A stretch of DNA of 62,903 bases, from contig VAXP01000119.1 of the NCBI GenBank assembly GCA_005884125.1, forward strand, positions 18,788 through 81,690. The letters run 5' to 3'. A program made the position numbers and the translations under genes. How positions within the stretch are numbered: the first letter of the stretch is position 1; every line of letters begins with the position of its first letter. Positions 1 to 11,692 of this stretch are shown here, in pieces. This stretch comes from Actinomycetota bacterium. GTDB lineage: Bacteria; Actinomycetota; Acidimicrobiia; Acidimicrobiales; AC-35. Below the pieces are notes generated by a model. The model was not told the origin of the DNA. It worked only from the letters and a program-made list of their open reading frames with translations, and ran no database searches.

Positions 1-1130
1 TGGGCCAGGAGGTCGCCCAGGCGCTCGTTCATGGCCGTCGACCCGCAGATGTCGCTGAACAGGATGGTCACCGTCCCATCGGGGGCGGTGGGGACGTCGC
101 CGTCCTCGGCCGGGACCGTCTGCTGCGCCTGAGCCGGCGGCGTGGGCCCGCCGGGCGTGGCCGTGGGCGCAGCGACGGGCGGAGCGGCGCCATCAGCGGA
201 GGCCGCGCTCGGGGCGGAGGCCGGGCCTTGGGCCGGGGCCGCGCCCGGGACGGGGGCGGAAGGGTCGGGCGGGGGCCAGGGGGGCTTGGGCGGCCGGGGG
301 GCGACGACGACGGGGTCGGGCATCCCGACCTGCTCCAGGGCGCGCTGCCACTCCTCCCGGGCCCGCTCCACGGCCCGCCCGGCGTGGCGGTGGGCGCGGG
401 CCACGTGCTGCTCCCAGTGCTGCTGGCGCCGACCGATCCTCTGCTGCTGGCGCTGGAGCTTCTCCTGCATGAGCTGGTCGATGCCCTGGGCCAGGTGCTC
501 GACGAAGGGCTTGTGGGAGTTGGGTCCCCGGCTGCGCACCTCGACCCCGCCCATCACGGGGAAGGCGCGTATCCGCACCACGGGAGTGCCGGGGATGGCG
601 GGCACGTCGGCCAGCTTGAGGTCCTTGCCCCCCATGATGGGCAGGCCGGTCAGCTCCACCTCGATGCCCTCGGGCACGTCGATGCGGATGCCGCCCATGA
701 TCGCCACCGCGGTGATGGTGAGCTCGGGGCCGGTGATCTCGGCCTGGCGCAGGTCCAGGTGGCAACCCCCCATGACGGCCACCACGGCCACGTGGTTGCC
801 CGGCCGCCACCGGCCCGTGCGCTTGGCGCCGCTCATGATGGCGACGACCCAGCGGCTGACCCTCCGGCGCCTGGGCTCGAGGGCACGCTCGCCCGTCGTC
901 GCCACCGCGGCCGACACGGGCTCGACGCTCCTGGGCAGATCGGCGAACACGGGCTCGATCTCGGCGCCGGAGCGGGCGGCGTAGACCGTGCCCACCCGCT
1001 CGGAGAACTCGTCCAGGGTCAGGCGGCCGTCGCTCGTGTGGCGCTGGAGGAGCTCAACGGCCCGCTCGCGGTCGGCGTCGGACAGGCGGTCCTCGGGCGC
1101 CGGGCGGCCGTCAGGCGGGCGGTCGGCCAT
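1..1130 (-). CDS. DUF1707 (SHOCT-like) + LiaF-C-like domain + coiled-coil + class III adenylate/guanylate cyclase fusion protein; C-terminus lies beyond the window edge
   Basis: Absent from the ORF track because it runs off the window. My translation from ATG 1130..1128 reads MADRPPDGRPAPEDRLSDADRERAVELLQRHTSDGRLTLDEFSERV (DUF1707 signature), then VAVVAVMGGCHLDLRQAEI / AIMGGIRIDVPEGIEV (LiaF/DUF2154-like), a Q/R-rich helix and a Pro/Ala linker. GTVTILFSDICGSTAMNERLGD (cyclase F-x-D-I-x-G-S-T motif) sits at the window edge. Confidence 0.75.
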   Translation of the reverse strand, partial: MADRPPDGRPAPEDRLSDADRERAVELLQRHTSDGRLTLDEFSERVGTVYAARSGAEIEPVFADLPRSVEPVSAAVATTGERALEPRRRRVSRWVVAIMSGAKRTGRWRPGNHVAVVAVMGGCHLDLRQAEITGPELTITAVAIMGGIRIDVPEGIEVELTGLPIMGGKDLKLADVPAIPGTPVVRIRAFPVMGGVEVRSRGPNSHKPFVEHLAQGIDQLMQEKLQRQQQRIGRRQQHWEQHVARAHRHAGRAVERAREEWQRALEQVGMPDPVVVAPRPPKPPWPPPDPSAPVPGAAPAQGPASAPSAASADGAAPPVAAPTATPGGPTPPAQAQQTVPAEDGDVPTAPDGTVTILFSDICGSTAMNERLGDLLA

Positions 1131-2037
1131 CGTCCAAGTGTGGCCCATCCCGCCCCTGGGCGGCATCTGCGCCGCCGGGGACCGGGCCCGCGGGCGCCTC
1201 CCCGGCCCGGGCGTGGATTGGACCCTCGACGTCCCTCAGCGACGGCGCCTTCCGCCCCGTGCGCAGGGCGATCATCTCGGCGCATACGGACACGGCCGTC
1301 TCCTCGGGGGTGCGGGCGCCGATGTCGAGCCCGATGGGAGCCATCACCCGGCCCAGGCCCTCCTCCCCGACCCCGGCCTCCCGCAGCCGGGCGACCCGCT
1401 CGGCGTGGGTCCGGCGCGATCCCATGGCGCCCAGGTAGCCGACGCGCGTCCGAAGGGCGGCCACGATGGCGGGGACGTCGAACTTGGGGTCATGGGTCAG
1501 CACGCACACCGCGTCCCGGGGCCCGAGCTCACCGCCAACCTTGGCCAGGTGGCGGTCGGGCCAGTCCACCACCACCTCGTCGGCCATGGGGAAGCGGGCG
1601 GGCGTGGCGAAGACGGGCCGGGCGTCGCACACCGTCACCCGGTATCCCAACAGCTTGGCCGCCCGCCCCAGCGCGGCGGTGAAGTCCACCGCGCCGAAGA
1701 TCACCATGTGGGGAGGGGGAGCGAAGGACTCGATGAACACGGCCACGGCCCGGCGGCGGGCCTGGCCCCTGGGGCCGTAGTGCCTGGTCGAGGTGAGGCC
1801 CGTCTCCAGCGCGGCGCGGGCGTCGCGCGTCACGACCCGGTCGAGGTCGTCGTTGCCCAGCGTGCCCAGCTCCGCCCCCACCGGTCGCACCAGGAGCTTG
1901 GCCCCGAGGCCCACGCCGTGCTCACCGGGGTCGCCCGCGTCCCCCGCGCCCTCCTCGGGCGTGAGCTCCACCACGGTGGCCAGGGCCACGGCCTCCTCCG
2001 CCCTCAGGGCGTCGCGCAGGGCCTCGTAGAGGGTCAC
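1111..2037 (-). CDS. XdhC/CoxI-family molybdenum hydroxylase maturation protein (XdhC_CoxI + Rossmann XdhC_C domains)
   Basis: ORF 1111..2127 contains MVIFGAVDFTAALGRAAKLLGYRVTVCDARP and PIGLDIGARTPEETAVSVCAEMIA, typical of XdhC. Start placed at GTG 2037, which overlaps the upstream TGA as GTGA; the ORF-track start at 2127 looks like an over-extension. Confidence 0.85.
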   Translation of the reverse strand: MTLYEALRDALRAEEAVALATVVELTPEEGAGDAGDPGEHGVGLGAKLLVRPVGAELGTLGNDDLDRVVTRDARAALETGLTSTRHYGPRGQARRRAVAVFIESFAPPPHMVIFGAVDFTAALGRAAKLLGYRVTVCDARPVFATPARFPMADEVVVDWPDRHLAKVGGELGPRDAVCVLTHDPKFDVPAIVAALRTRVGYLGAMGSRRTHAERVARLREAGVGEEGLGRVMAPIGLDIGARTPEETAVSVCAEMIALRTGRKAPSLRDVEGPIHARAGEAPAGPVPGGADAAQGRDGPHLDDGRPPA

Positions 2038-2351
2038 CAGTCGAGGGGCTCGACGAACACGTGCACCGTCCCCCCGCAGGTCAGCCCCACCGCGAAGGCC
2101 TCGTCGTCGGAGTAGCCGAAGGTGCACAGCCGGGCCACTCCGTCACCAGCCAGCACCTCCAGGGCCTGCTCCACCACCGCGCCCTCCACGCACCCGCCCG
2201 AGACCGACCCCGCCACCTCTCCGTCCTCGCTCACGGCCATGGTGGCGCCGGGATCGCGAGGTCCCGACCCCTCCACCGCGACCACGCGCGCCACCGCGAC
2301 CCTCCGCCCCGCGGCCCGCCAGCGCTCCACCTCGCCCAGAACCTCTTTCAC
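2034..2351 (-). CDS. Stand-alone XdhC_CoxI N-terminal-domain protein
   Basis: 105-aa ORF with VARVVAVEGSGPRDPGATMAV...GSVSGGCVEGAVV, matching the N-terminal XdhC domain. GTG start overlaps the coxE-like stop (GTGA at 2348-2351). Confidence 0.8.
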   Translation of the reverse strand: MKEVLGEVERWRAAGRRVAVARVVAVEGSGPRDPGATMAVSEDGEVAGSVSGGCVEGAVVEQALEVLAGDGVARLCTFGYSDDEAFAVGLTCGGTVHVFVEPLDW

Positions 2352-3478
2352 CGCGCGATCACCTCCGCCAACGATTCGAGGGCGGCCAGGGAATGGCCTT
2401 CCACGAAGGAGTCAACGTAGGGAAGGGCCGCGGCCATCCCTCGGGCCACGGGGGCGTAGCCGGGCGTGGCCTTGAGGGGGTTCACCCACACCACCCGGTG
2501 GGCCACCCTCCGCAGGCGGGCCATCTCGGTCCCCAGCTGGTCGGGGTCACCCCGGTCCCAGCCGTCGGAGAGGATGACCACGATGGCCCCCCGGGCCAGG
2601 CCCCGGACGCCCCAGAGGTCGTTGAAGGTGCGCAGGCCCTCGCCCAGGCGGGTTCCGCCCGACCAGTCGGGGACGGCCCGGGCCGCCCCCGCGAGGGCCG
2701 CGTCGGGGTCGTGCCCGGAGAGCTCCCGGGTGAGGCGGGTGAGGCGGGTGCCCATCGCGAACGCCTCCACCCGGCCCCGGCCCGCCACCGCGGCGTGGAG
2801 GAAGCGCAGCAGGGCGCGGGCGTAGGGCTCCATGGAGCCGCTCACGTCGCACAGCAGCACCACCCGCCGGGGCCGCATGCTCTGCTCCACCCGGGGCCGG
2901 CGCACCACCTCCCCCCCGGCCCGCACGGCCAGGCGCACCGTGCGGCGCAGGTCGGGCCGGCCGTGGCTACGGTGCGAGGGGCGCAGGCGGCGGGAGCGAC
3001 GCAGGGCTCCCACCAGGCGCAGGTCGGCCATGAGGCGGCGGGACTCCGCCAGCTCGGCCGGGCTGTAGACGGCGAAGTCCTTGTGCCTGAGCACCTCGAC
3101 GGGGCTGTAGCGCACGGCCAGGGTGGGCTGGGCCTTCTCGGCGTCGGTGTCCCCGGCGCCGTCGTCGCCCTCGCTGTCGTCGAGGGCCACGACCACCTCG
3201 ACGGGCGGGGGCGCAGGCGGAGGGTCGGGCGGCGCCCCCAGCCAGAAGGCGGCGAAGCCGCTGTCGTAGGCGGCCACGTCCTCCGGGCGGCGCACGAGCG
3301 TCGACCGGCCCGCCCAGTAGACGGGGCCGGGAGCGCCCAGGCCCACCGCGGCCAGGGCCCGGCGGTAGGTGATGACGGTGCCCAGGTCGACGTCGAGCCC
3401 GGCCCGCCGCAGCACGTGGGCGAAGGCCACGGCCAGGCGCTCGGGCTGGTCGGGTGGGATCGGGGCGGGCTCGACCAT
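2348..3478 (-). CDS. VWA-domain CoxE-like protein
   Basis: 376-aa ORF with the MIDAS-like motif VLLCDVSGSMEPYARALLRFLHA. It follows a MoxR/CoxD ATPase gene, as in cox clusters. Confidence 0.85.
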   Translation of the reverse strand: MVEPAPIPPDQPERLAVAFAHVLRRAGLDVDLGTVITYRRALAAVGLGAPGPVYWAGRSTLVRRPEDVAAYDSGFAAFWLGAPPDPPPAPPPVEVVVALDDSEGDDGAGDTDAEKAQPTLAVRYSPVEVLRHKDFAVYSPAELAESRRLMADLRLVGALRRSRRLRPSHRSHGRPDLRRTVRLAVRAGGEVVRRPRVEQSMRPRRVVLLCDVSGSMEPYARALLRFLHAAVAGRGRVEAFAMGTRLTRLTRELSGHDPDAALAGAARAVPDWSGGTRLGEGLRTFNDLWGVRGLARGAIVVILSDGWDRGDPDQLGTEMARLRRVAHRVVWVNPLKATPGYAPVARGMAAALPYVDSFVEGHSLAALESLAEVIAR

Positions 3479-3487
3479 GCCGGGGGC

Positions 3488-4372
3488 TCAGCCCTGGCGG
3501 GCGGCCGCGGCCCGGGCCAGGTCGGCGACGCCCGCCCCCCGTACCCGCTCCGCGTCCTCCCGGTACTTGAGCACGGCGCCCAGGGTGACCTCGATGGTGG
3601 CCTCGTCCAGGGTGGCCCGTCCCAGGGTGGCCAGGGCCAGGGCCCAGTCGATGGTCTCGGCCACACCAGGGGGCTTGTACAGCTGCAGCTCCCTGAGCCG
3701 CTCCACCGCTCCCGCCACCTGGCGGGCCAGGCCCTCGCCCGCCTCGGGGGCGCGCAGGCGGACGATGGCGACCTCGCGCTCGAAGCTCGGGTGCTCCACC
3801 CAGTGGTAGAGGCAGCGCCGCTTGAGGGCGTCGTGCACGTCGCGGGTGCGGTTGGAGGTGAGCACGGCCACGGGCGGGACCTCGGCCCGCACCGTCCCCA
3901 GCTCGGGCACGGTGACGGCGTAGTCCGAGAGGATCTCCAGGAGGAAGGCCTCGAACTCGTCGTCGGCCCGGTCGACCTCGTCGATCAGCAGCACGGGCGG
4001 CGGGTCCGCGGGGACCAGCGCCTGCAGGAGGGGCCGGCGCACCAGGAAGCGCTCGGAGTACAGCTCGTCCTCCACGTCGGTGCCGACCTCGCCTCCGCCC
4101 GCCGCGGCCCTGGCCTCCACCGCCCGCAGGTGCAGGAGCTGACGGGAGTAGTCCCACTCGTAAACGGCCTGGGCCGCGTCGATGCCCTCGTAGCACTGCA
4201 GGCGCAGCAGCTCGCCCCCCGTCCAGCGGGACAGGACCTTGGCCAGCTCCGTCTTGCCCACCCCGGCCTCGCCCTCGAGCAACAGGGGCCGGCGCAGGGA
4301 CAGGGCCAGGAAGACGGCGGTGGCCAGCCCCTCGTCGGCCAGGTAGCCGTGGCGGGCCAGCGCCTGGCTCAC
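3488..4372 (-). CDS. MoxR-like AAA+ ATPase (CoxD-like)
   Basis: Walker A LLLEGEAGVGKTELAKVL and Walker B VLLIDEVDRADDEFEAFLLEIL; about 294 aa, typical of MoxR/CoxD. Confidence 0.9.
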   Translation of the reverse strand: MSQALARHGYLADEGLATAVFLALSLRRPLLLEGEAGVGKTELAKVLSRWTGGELLRLQCYEGIDAAQAVYEWDYSRQLLHLRAVEARAAAGGGEVGTDVEDELYSERFLVRRPLLQALVPADPPPVLLIDEVDRADDEFEAFLLEILSDYAVTVPELGTVRAEVPPVAVLTSNRTRDVHDALKRRCLYHWVEHPSFEREVAIVRLRAPEAGEGLARQVAGAVERLRELQLYKPPGVAETIDWALALATLGRATLDEATIEVTLGAVLKYREDAERVRGAGVADLARAAAARQG

Positions 4373-4439
4373 GTCCTCGACGCCCGACGGCGCCCGCCCG
4401 CCGGGGCTCAGGTCGCTCAGCCCCCGGCCTCCCCGGCCG

Positions 4440-4907
4440 TCACCGGCCCCGCACGGAGGGAGCGGCGGCGAGGACGGCCTTGACGATGTTGTGGTAGCCG
4501 GTGCAACGGCACAGGTTGCCCTCCAGGCCCGTGCGCACCTCGGCCTCGGTGGGATCGGGATGCTCGGCCAGCAGGGAGACCGCGGCCATCACCATCCCCG
4601 GTGTGCAGTAGCCGCACTGGAGGGCGTGGTTCTCCTGGAAGGCCCGCTGCAGCGGGTGCATCTCCTGGCCCCGGGCCAGGCCCTCGATGGTGGTGACCTG
4701 GCCGCCGTCGGCCTGGGCCGTGAGCAGGGTGCAGGACTTCACCGACTCGCCGTCGAGCAGCACGGTGCAGGCTCCGCAGGACGTGGTGTCACAGCCCACG
4801 TTGGTGCCGGTGAGGCCGAGCACCTCGCGCAGGTAGTGCACCAGGAGGAGCCTGGCCTCGACGTCGTCGGTGCGCTCGGCGCCGTTGACGGTGAGCGTGA
4901 CCTTCAC
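4440..4907 (-). CDS. (2Fe-2S)-binding small subunit of a molybdenum hydroxylase (CoxS-like)
   Basis: [16 protein letters not shown] and [14 protein letters not shown]...[10 protein letters not shown] are the two 2Fe-2S cysteine motifs. Start set at GTG 4907, overlapping the large-subunit TGA. Confidence 0.9.
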   Translation of the reverse strand: MKVTLTVNGAERTDDVEARLLLVHYLREVLGLTGTNVGCDTTSCGACTVLLDGESVKSCTLLTAQADGGQVTTIEGLARGQEMHPLQRAFQENHALQCGYCTPGMVMAAVSLLAEHPDPTEAEVRTGLEGNLCRCTGYHNIVKAVLAAAPSVRGR

Positions 4908-7180
4908 GACCGCCCTCCCTTGGAGTCCTTGGCGTCCTGGATGGCCCGCCACACCCGCTCGGCCGTGAGGGGCATGTCGATGTGGCGCACGCCCAGGTGG
5001 GTGACGGCGTCGACCACGGCGTTGTGCACCGCCGGCGTCGACCCGATGGTGCCCGACTCACCGATGCCCTTGGCCCCCAGCTCGTTGAGAGGCGTGGGCG
5101 TCTCCAGGCGCACGGTCTCGAAGCTGGGTAGCTCGGCTGCGGAGATGAAGCCGTAGTCGGCCAGGTTCGAGGTGACGGGATTGCCGTCCTCGTCGTAGCG
5201 CATCTCCTCCAGCAGGGCCTGGGCCGCGCCCTGGGCCAGGCCCCCGTGGACCTGACCCTCGGCCAGCAGGGGGTTGAGGATGCGCCCGGCGTCGTCCACC
5301 GCCACCATGCGCACCAGCTGCACCCTTCCCGTCTCCGTGTCCACCTGGGCCACGGCCACGTGGGCGCCGAAGGGGAAGGTGGGACCGGCCTGGGTGTAGT
5401 CGACCTCGGCCGCCAGCCCGCCCCGGTCGGAGGCGGCCCCGGCCAGCTCCGACCACGACCGTGACACGGCGGGGGTGCCGGTGACGTGGAAGCGTCCTCC
5501 CACCTTGTCGAGAACCACGTCGTCCACGTTGGCCTCCAGGAGCTCGGCGGCCAGCTGGCGGGCCTTGTCCGCCACCTGGGCCGCGGCCTGGTTCACGGCC
5601 ACGCCCCCCGTCTGCAGCGACCGCGACCCGGCCGTGCCCTGGCCCCGGGGGACCACGTCGGTGTCGCCGTGGATGACCTCGATGTCCTCGATGGGTATGC
5701 CCAGCTGCTCGCTGACGAGCATGGAGAAGGCGGTGGCGTGGCCCTGGCCGTGGGGCGACGTGCCCGTGCGCACCGTGACCTTGCCGTCGGGCCTGACCTC
5801 CACCGCGCCGAACTCGCTGCCGGGGATGCCGCTGGTGATCTCCACGTACACGGACAGGCCGATGCCCAGCTGCACCACGTCGCCCGCCTCCCGGCGGCGG
5901 CGCTGCTCCTCCCGCAGCCCGTCGTAGCCCGCGGCCTCCAGGGCCAGGTCCAGGCCTCGGGCGTAGTTCCCGCTGTCGTAGGTGGTCCCCGTCGGGGTGG
6001 TGAAGGGGAAGGCGTCGGCCGGTATGAGGTTGCGTCTGCGCACCTCGGCCGGGTCCATCCCGATCTCGGCCGCGAACATGTCCACGGCCCGCTCCAGGGC
6101 GGCGGTGGCCTCGGGGCGGCCGGCGCCCCGGTAGGCGGTCATGGGCGTGGTGTTGGTCAGAAGCGACCTGCTGTTGAACTCGACCTTGGGGATGGCGTAC
6201 ACGCCGCTCGCCATGGTGCGGGTCATGAAGGGCAGCATGGCCCCGATGGCGGCGTAGGCCCCCGAGTCCTGGAGCACGGTGATGCGGTAGGCCTCGACCT
6301 TGCCCTGGCGCGACCCGCCCATCTCCACCTCCTGGACCTGTCCCCGCCCGTGGCCCAGGCCGACCATGCTCTCCGAGCGGGTCTCCACCCAGCGCACGGG
6401 CCGGTCCAGCTTGCGGGCCAGCCAGGCCACCAGGATCTCCTCCGGGTACGGGCCCATCTTGGCCCCGAAGCCTCCGCCCACGTCGGGGGCCACGACCCGG
6501 ACCTGGTCGGCTTCGAGCCCGAGCCGGGCGACGAGGGCGTCCTTCACCCCGTGGGCCCCCTGGGTGCTGGCGTAGTGGAGCAGGCGCCCGTCCCGCCACT
6601 CGGCCGCGGCGGCCCGTACCTCCAGGGGGCAGGGGGCCACCCGCTGGTTGACGATGCGCTGGCGGACCACGACCTCACACCCGTCGAAGAGGGACTCGTC
6701 CCGGCCGAAGGCGAGCTCGAAGGCGACGTTGGTGCCCACGTCGGGGAACAGCAGCACGTCCTGGGCCGCCGACTCCTCCGCGCTCATCACCACGGGCAGG
6801 GGCTCGTAGTCCACGAAGACGAGCTCGGCCGCGTCCGGCCCCTGGTAGCGCTCCTCCGTCACGACCACGGCCACGGGCTCGCCCACGAAGCGCACCACGC
6901 CTTGGGCCAGAGCCGGGCGGGTCATGGCCTGGTTGAGGAAGGCCATCTCCGGCGCGGCGGGGGCCATGTCGAGGTCGGCCGCACTGAACACGGCGACCAC
7001 GCCCGGGGCCTTGCGTGCTTCCTCCACGTCCAGCGCGGCGATACGGGCGTGGGCCATGGTCGAGCGCACGTAGGTGGCGTACAGGGCCCCGTCCACGCGC
7101 ACGTCGTCCACGTAGGTCCCGCCCACGGTGAGGAACTTGGGGTCCTCCTTGCGCAGGACGCGGTTGCCCAGAATGCTCAC
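4904..7180 (-). CDS. Molybdopterin-binding large subunit, xanthine dehydrogenase/CO dehydrogenase family, form II CoxL-like
   Basis: 758-aa ORF. The active-site loop reads [14 protein letters not shown] (form II AYRGAGR, not form I AYxCSFR). A GGGAGGGAG Shine-Dalgarno lies upstream of GTG 7180. Confidence 0.9.
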   Translation of the reverse strand: MSILGNRVLRKEDPKFLTVGGTYVDDVRVDGALYATYVRSTMAHARIAALDVEEARKAPGVVAVFSAADLDMAPAAPEMAFLNQAMTRPALAQGVVRFVGEPVAVVVTEERYQGPDAAELVFVDYEPLPVVMSAEESAAQDVLLFPDVGTNVAFELAFGRDESLFDGCEVVVRQRIVNQRVAPCPLEVRAAAAEWRDGRLLHYASTQGAHGVKDALVARLGLEADQVRVVAPDVGGGFGAKMGPYPEEILVAWLARKLDRPVRWVETRSESMVGLGHGRGQVQEVEMGGSRQGKVEAYRITVLQDSGAYAAIGAMLPFMTRTMASGVYAIPKVEFNSRSLLTNTTPMTAYRGAGRPEATAALERAVDMFAAEIGMDPAEVRRRNLIPADAFPFTTPTGTTYDSGNYARGLDLALEAAGYDGLREEQRRRREAGDVVQLGIGLSVYVEITSGIPGSEFGAVEVRPDGKVTVRTGTSPHGQGHATAFSMLVSEQLGIPIEDIEVIHGDTDVVPRGQGTAGSRSLQTGGVAVNQAAAQVADKARQLAAELLEANVDDVVLDKVGGRFHVTGTPAVSRSWSELAGAASDRGGLAAEVDYTQAGPTFPFGAHVAVAQVDTETGRVQLVRMVAVDDAGRILNPLLAEGQVHGGLAQGAAQALLEEMRYDEDGNPVTSNLADYGFISAAELPSFETVRLETPTPLNELGAKGIGESGTIGSTPAVHNAVVDAVTHLGVRHIDMPLTAERVWRAIQDAKDSKGGRS

Positions 7181-7264
7181 GGGTTGCTCCCTCCCGACGA
7201 AGCCGGTCCGCAGGTTACCCAGCGCCCCGCCGCCGGCGTGCGGGAGCGGGCCGGGCCGGGGCGT

Positions 7265-10570
<3,306 letters not shown>

Positions 10571-10574
<4 letters not shown>

Positions 10575-11680
10575 GGCTGGGCGGGCTGCCCCCCGCCCGT
10601 GGTCCCGCCGCCGCCCGCGGCGCCGGTGGCGCCCGTCCCGCCGCCGGCCGCGCCCGTCCCTCCGAGGGATCCGGGCCCGGTGCGGGCCTTGCCGCTCGAG
10701 GTGGGCACCGAGGGAGCGTTGGGGGGCACCACCCCGGGCTGGAGGCCTTCCTTCTGGAAGCGGCCGTAGCGGGGGTTGACCGTCACCCGGGAGGCGGGCA
10801 CGGCCTTGTCCAGGAAGTCGTTGAGGCTGGCCTGACTCTGCTGCTCGAGCTGGGCCCTGATGGCGGGGGCGGCCTGGTCCACGGGCTGGGGGTTGCGGGC
10901 CGTGACCTGGATGATGTGGAAGCCGAACTGGGTCTGGACGGGCTGGCTGAGCTCGTTCACGGCCAGCGAGGTCACGGCCTGGCCGAACTCGGGGACGAAG
11001 CTGCCGATCTGGTCGGAGGTCAGACAGCCCAGATCCCCTCCCCGCGACGCGCTGCCCTGGTCCGTCGAGCTGGCCCGGGCCACGGCCGCGAAGTCCTGGC
11101 CCGACACGATGCGGGCCCGGGCCTGATCGGCCTGGTCCTTGGCCGGCAGCAGTATGTGGCGCACGCACGTCTGCTGGAACTGATCGCGGTTGGCGTCGTA
11201 GAAGGCGCGTATGGCCGCGTCGTCGACCTTGGTCGACGACAGGGCCAGGCTGAGGGCCGTGACCTCGGCCGCCCGGCGCACGACGGTGTCGCGGTAGAAG
11301 CGGGGGAAGGCGGTGAACTCCCTGGGGTCGTTGAAGGCGCCCTGGGCCTGGGTGAGGGCCGAGGCCAGGTCCAGGGTGAGGTGACGGCGCAGGACCTCGC
11401 GGTGGACGAACTCCAGGAAGATGCGGCGGGACAGCACCCGGGCCACGAAGTCGCTGGTGAAGGTGTCCTTGGCCTTGCCCAGCACCGACACCTGCTGCTG
11501 GAGTGTCTGGACGTAGGCCTTGTTGTGGAGGATGGCGTCCAGCTCGCCGTTGAGCTCGCTCTGGCTGATCGTGTGTCCGTTCACGATGGCCGCGTAGGGG
11601 CGCACCGACGCGCACGACGAGGCCAGCAAGCCGAGCAGGACAGCGAGGGCGACCGCGGAGAAGACGGGGATGCGACGCAC
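10571..11680 (-). CDS. Secreted/lipoprotein-type peptidyl-prolyl isomerase (parvulin, SurA/PrsA-like)
   Basis: Signal peptide ending LLASSC (lipobox-like). Parvulin core VRHILLPAKDQADQARARIVSGQDFAAVARASSTDQGSASRGGDLGCL...FGFHIIQV. Gly/Ala/Thr-rich C-terminal tail. Confidence 0.85.
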
Positions 11681-11692
11681 GGCCGGGCGATC

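Noticed and set aside
1131-7264. A search for a CoxM-type FAD-binding medium subunit in any frame of the cox-like cluster.
   Set aside because: No ORF shows FAD_binding_5/CO-dehydrogenase flavoprotein-like sequence. All coding space is accounted for by L, S, D, E and the XdhC genes.
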